Source of the DNA: Clostridia bacterium | GTDB taxonomy: Bacteria > Bacillota > Clostridia > Christensenellales > CAG-138 | Reading direction: 5' to 3' | Length of the DNA: 64,000 nucleotides | Assembly: GCA_017438865.1 (NCBI GenBank) | Contig: JAFRUN010000006.1 | Span: 5,552-69,551 of the forward strand | Shown: positions 63,529 through 64,000 of the stretch, in pieces | Numbering within the stretch: position 1 is the stretch's first letter | How the letters are laid out: the number at the start of each line of letters is the position of its first letter | Position numbers and translations under genes: made by a program | Notes under the pieces: model-generated | Databases searched by the model: none | Seen by the model: the letters and a program-made list of their open reading frames with translations, nothing else | Told to the model about the DNA's origin: nothing

Positions 63529-64000
63529 TTACTGTTCGCCCGGGATCGTCACCGTGCCGATGAACAGCACCGTGCCGTCGTACGATTCGATCGCGTAGAG
63601 GAACGGGCGGGTGAGGTGGAACTCGATCATGGGCAGCTCCACGGGCTCGATAAAGCCGGTCGCCCGCATCGCGATCATCGTGTACGCCGCGGCTTCCACG
63701 CCGTTTTCATCGACGCCGATGTACGATTCCTGCAGGACGCTGTCGATGCAGCAGGGCGTATCGGACATGCCGGAGAAGTCGGCGGCGGGCGTGAAACTCA
63801 GGTTCAGACCGAGCGCGGAAAGCACGGCGGTCAGATCCATCCGGTCCTGGAACTTGAACTTCGGGATCTTCAAGCTCACGTCGCAGCGCTTGTCTTCGCC
63901 GGAACGCAGAAGCGCGCCGATCGCTTCGGGCGAGCCGAGAAGCCCGGAAAGGTCCGTACCCTCGTCCGGAAGCACGAACGTGACGCGTCCGACACAGTTC
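63529..64000 (-). CDS. Serpin-family protein, partial (N-terminus lies beyond window end)
   Basis: Hinge QESYIGVDENGVEAAAYT and C-terminal RPFLYAIE...VLFIGTV..P. The frame stays open upstream of the track start through base 64000 (..NCVGRVTFVLPDEG). Confidence 0.8.
   Translation of the reverse strand, partial: NCVGRVTFVLPDEGTDLSGLLGSPEAIGALLRSGEDKRCDVSLKIPKFKFQDRMDLTAVLSALGLNLSFTPAADFSGMSDTPCCIDSVLQESYIGVDENGVEAAAYTMIAMRATGFIEPVELPMIEFHLTRPFLYAIESYDGTVLFIGTVTIPGEQ

Overview
About 55-60% GC by eye. The gene content looks like a chromosomal segment of a Gram-positive anaerobe of the Clostridia type: lipobox lipoproteins, GGAGG Shine-Dalgarno sites, a FakA/DegV pair, DUF1540 and a CD1871A-like peptide. 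That taxonomic placement is inference. I call about 58 protein-coding genes. I saw no rRNA, tRNA, CRISPR array, transposase or integrase.

Main blocks:
- 1-1262: ABC-2 exporter pair.
- 1416-5197: an unusual five-gene operon. It encodes an exported thioredoxin-fold lipoprotein, a 48-aa CxxC peptide, a membrane polyferredoxin and two G3E P-loop proteins, one with a duplicated His/Asp/Cys-rich insert.
- 5249-7380 and 46816-48733: two paralogous sigma / anti-sigma pairs.
- 7814-8068: an orphan promoter followed by a roughly 220-nt ORF-free region with end-to-end pairing. It is either a 6S-like ncRNA or a structured leader of a zinc-ribbon gene.
- 8813-9841: mutY.
- 9899-11574: tandem lipoprotein paralogs.
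- 11930-18492: a BMP-family nucleoside-type ABC transporter with two unknown membrane proteins appended.
- 18634-22004: M15 peptidase, a GNAT and proS.
- 23853-28322: an OmpR-type two-component system. 11-bp phased TTACAAC-type direct repeats sit in front of three transcription units.
- 28688-45892: a Gram-positive starch/glycan utilisation locus. It holds a binding lipoprotein, a GH13 amylase, a pullulanase, a 628-aa MsmK-like ATPase, a sugar ABC transporter, GH2 and an alpha-galactosidase-like enzyme.
- 45947 onward: housekeeping and accessory genes, including an XRE-fakA-degV-GNAT-like operon, a degenerate LmbE-like/phosphodiester-glycosidase fusion protein, pepT and a partial serpin at the window end.

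Many long ORFs in the track are antisense artefacts of GC-rich coding sequence and were rejected. All function calls rest on motifs I recognise by eye. No database search was run.
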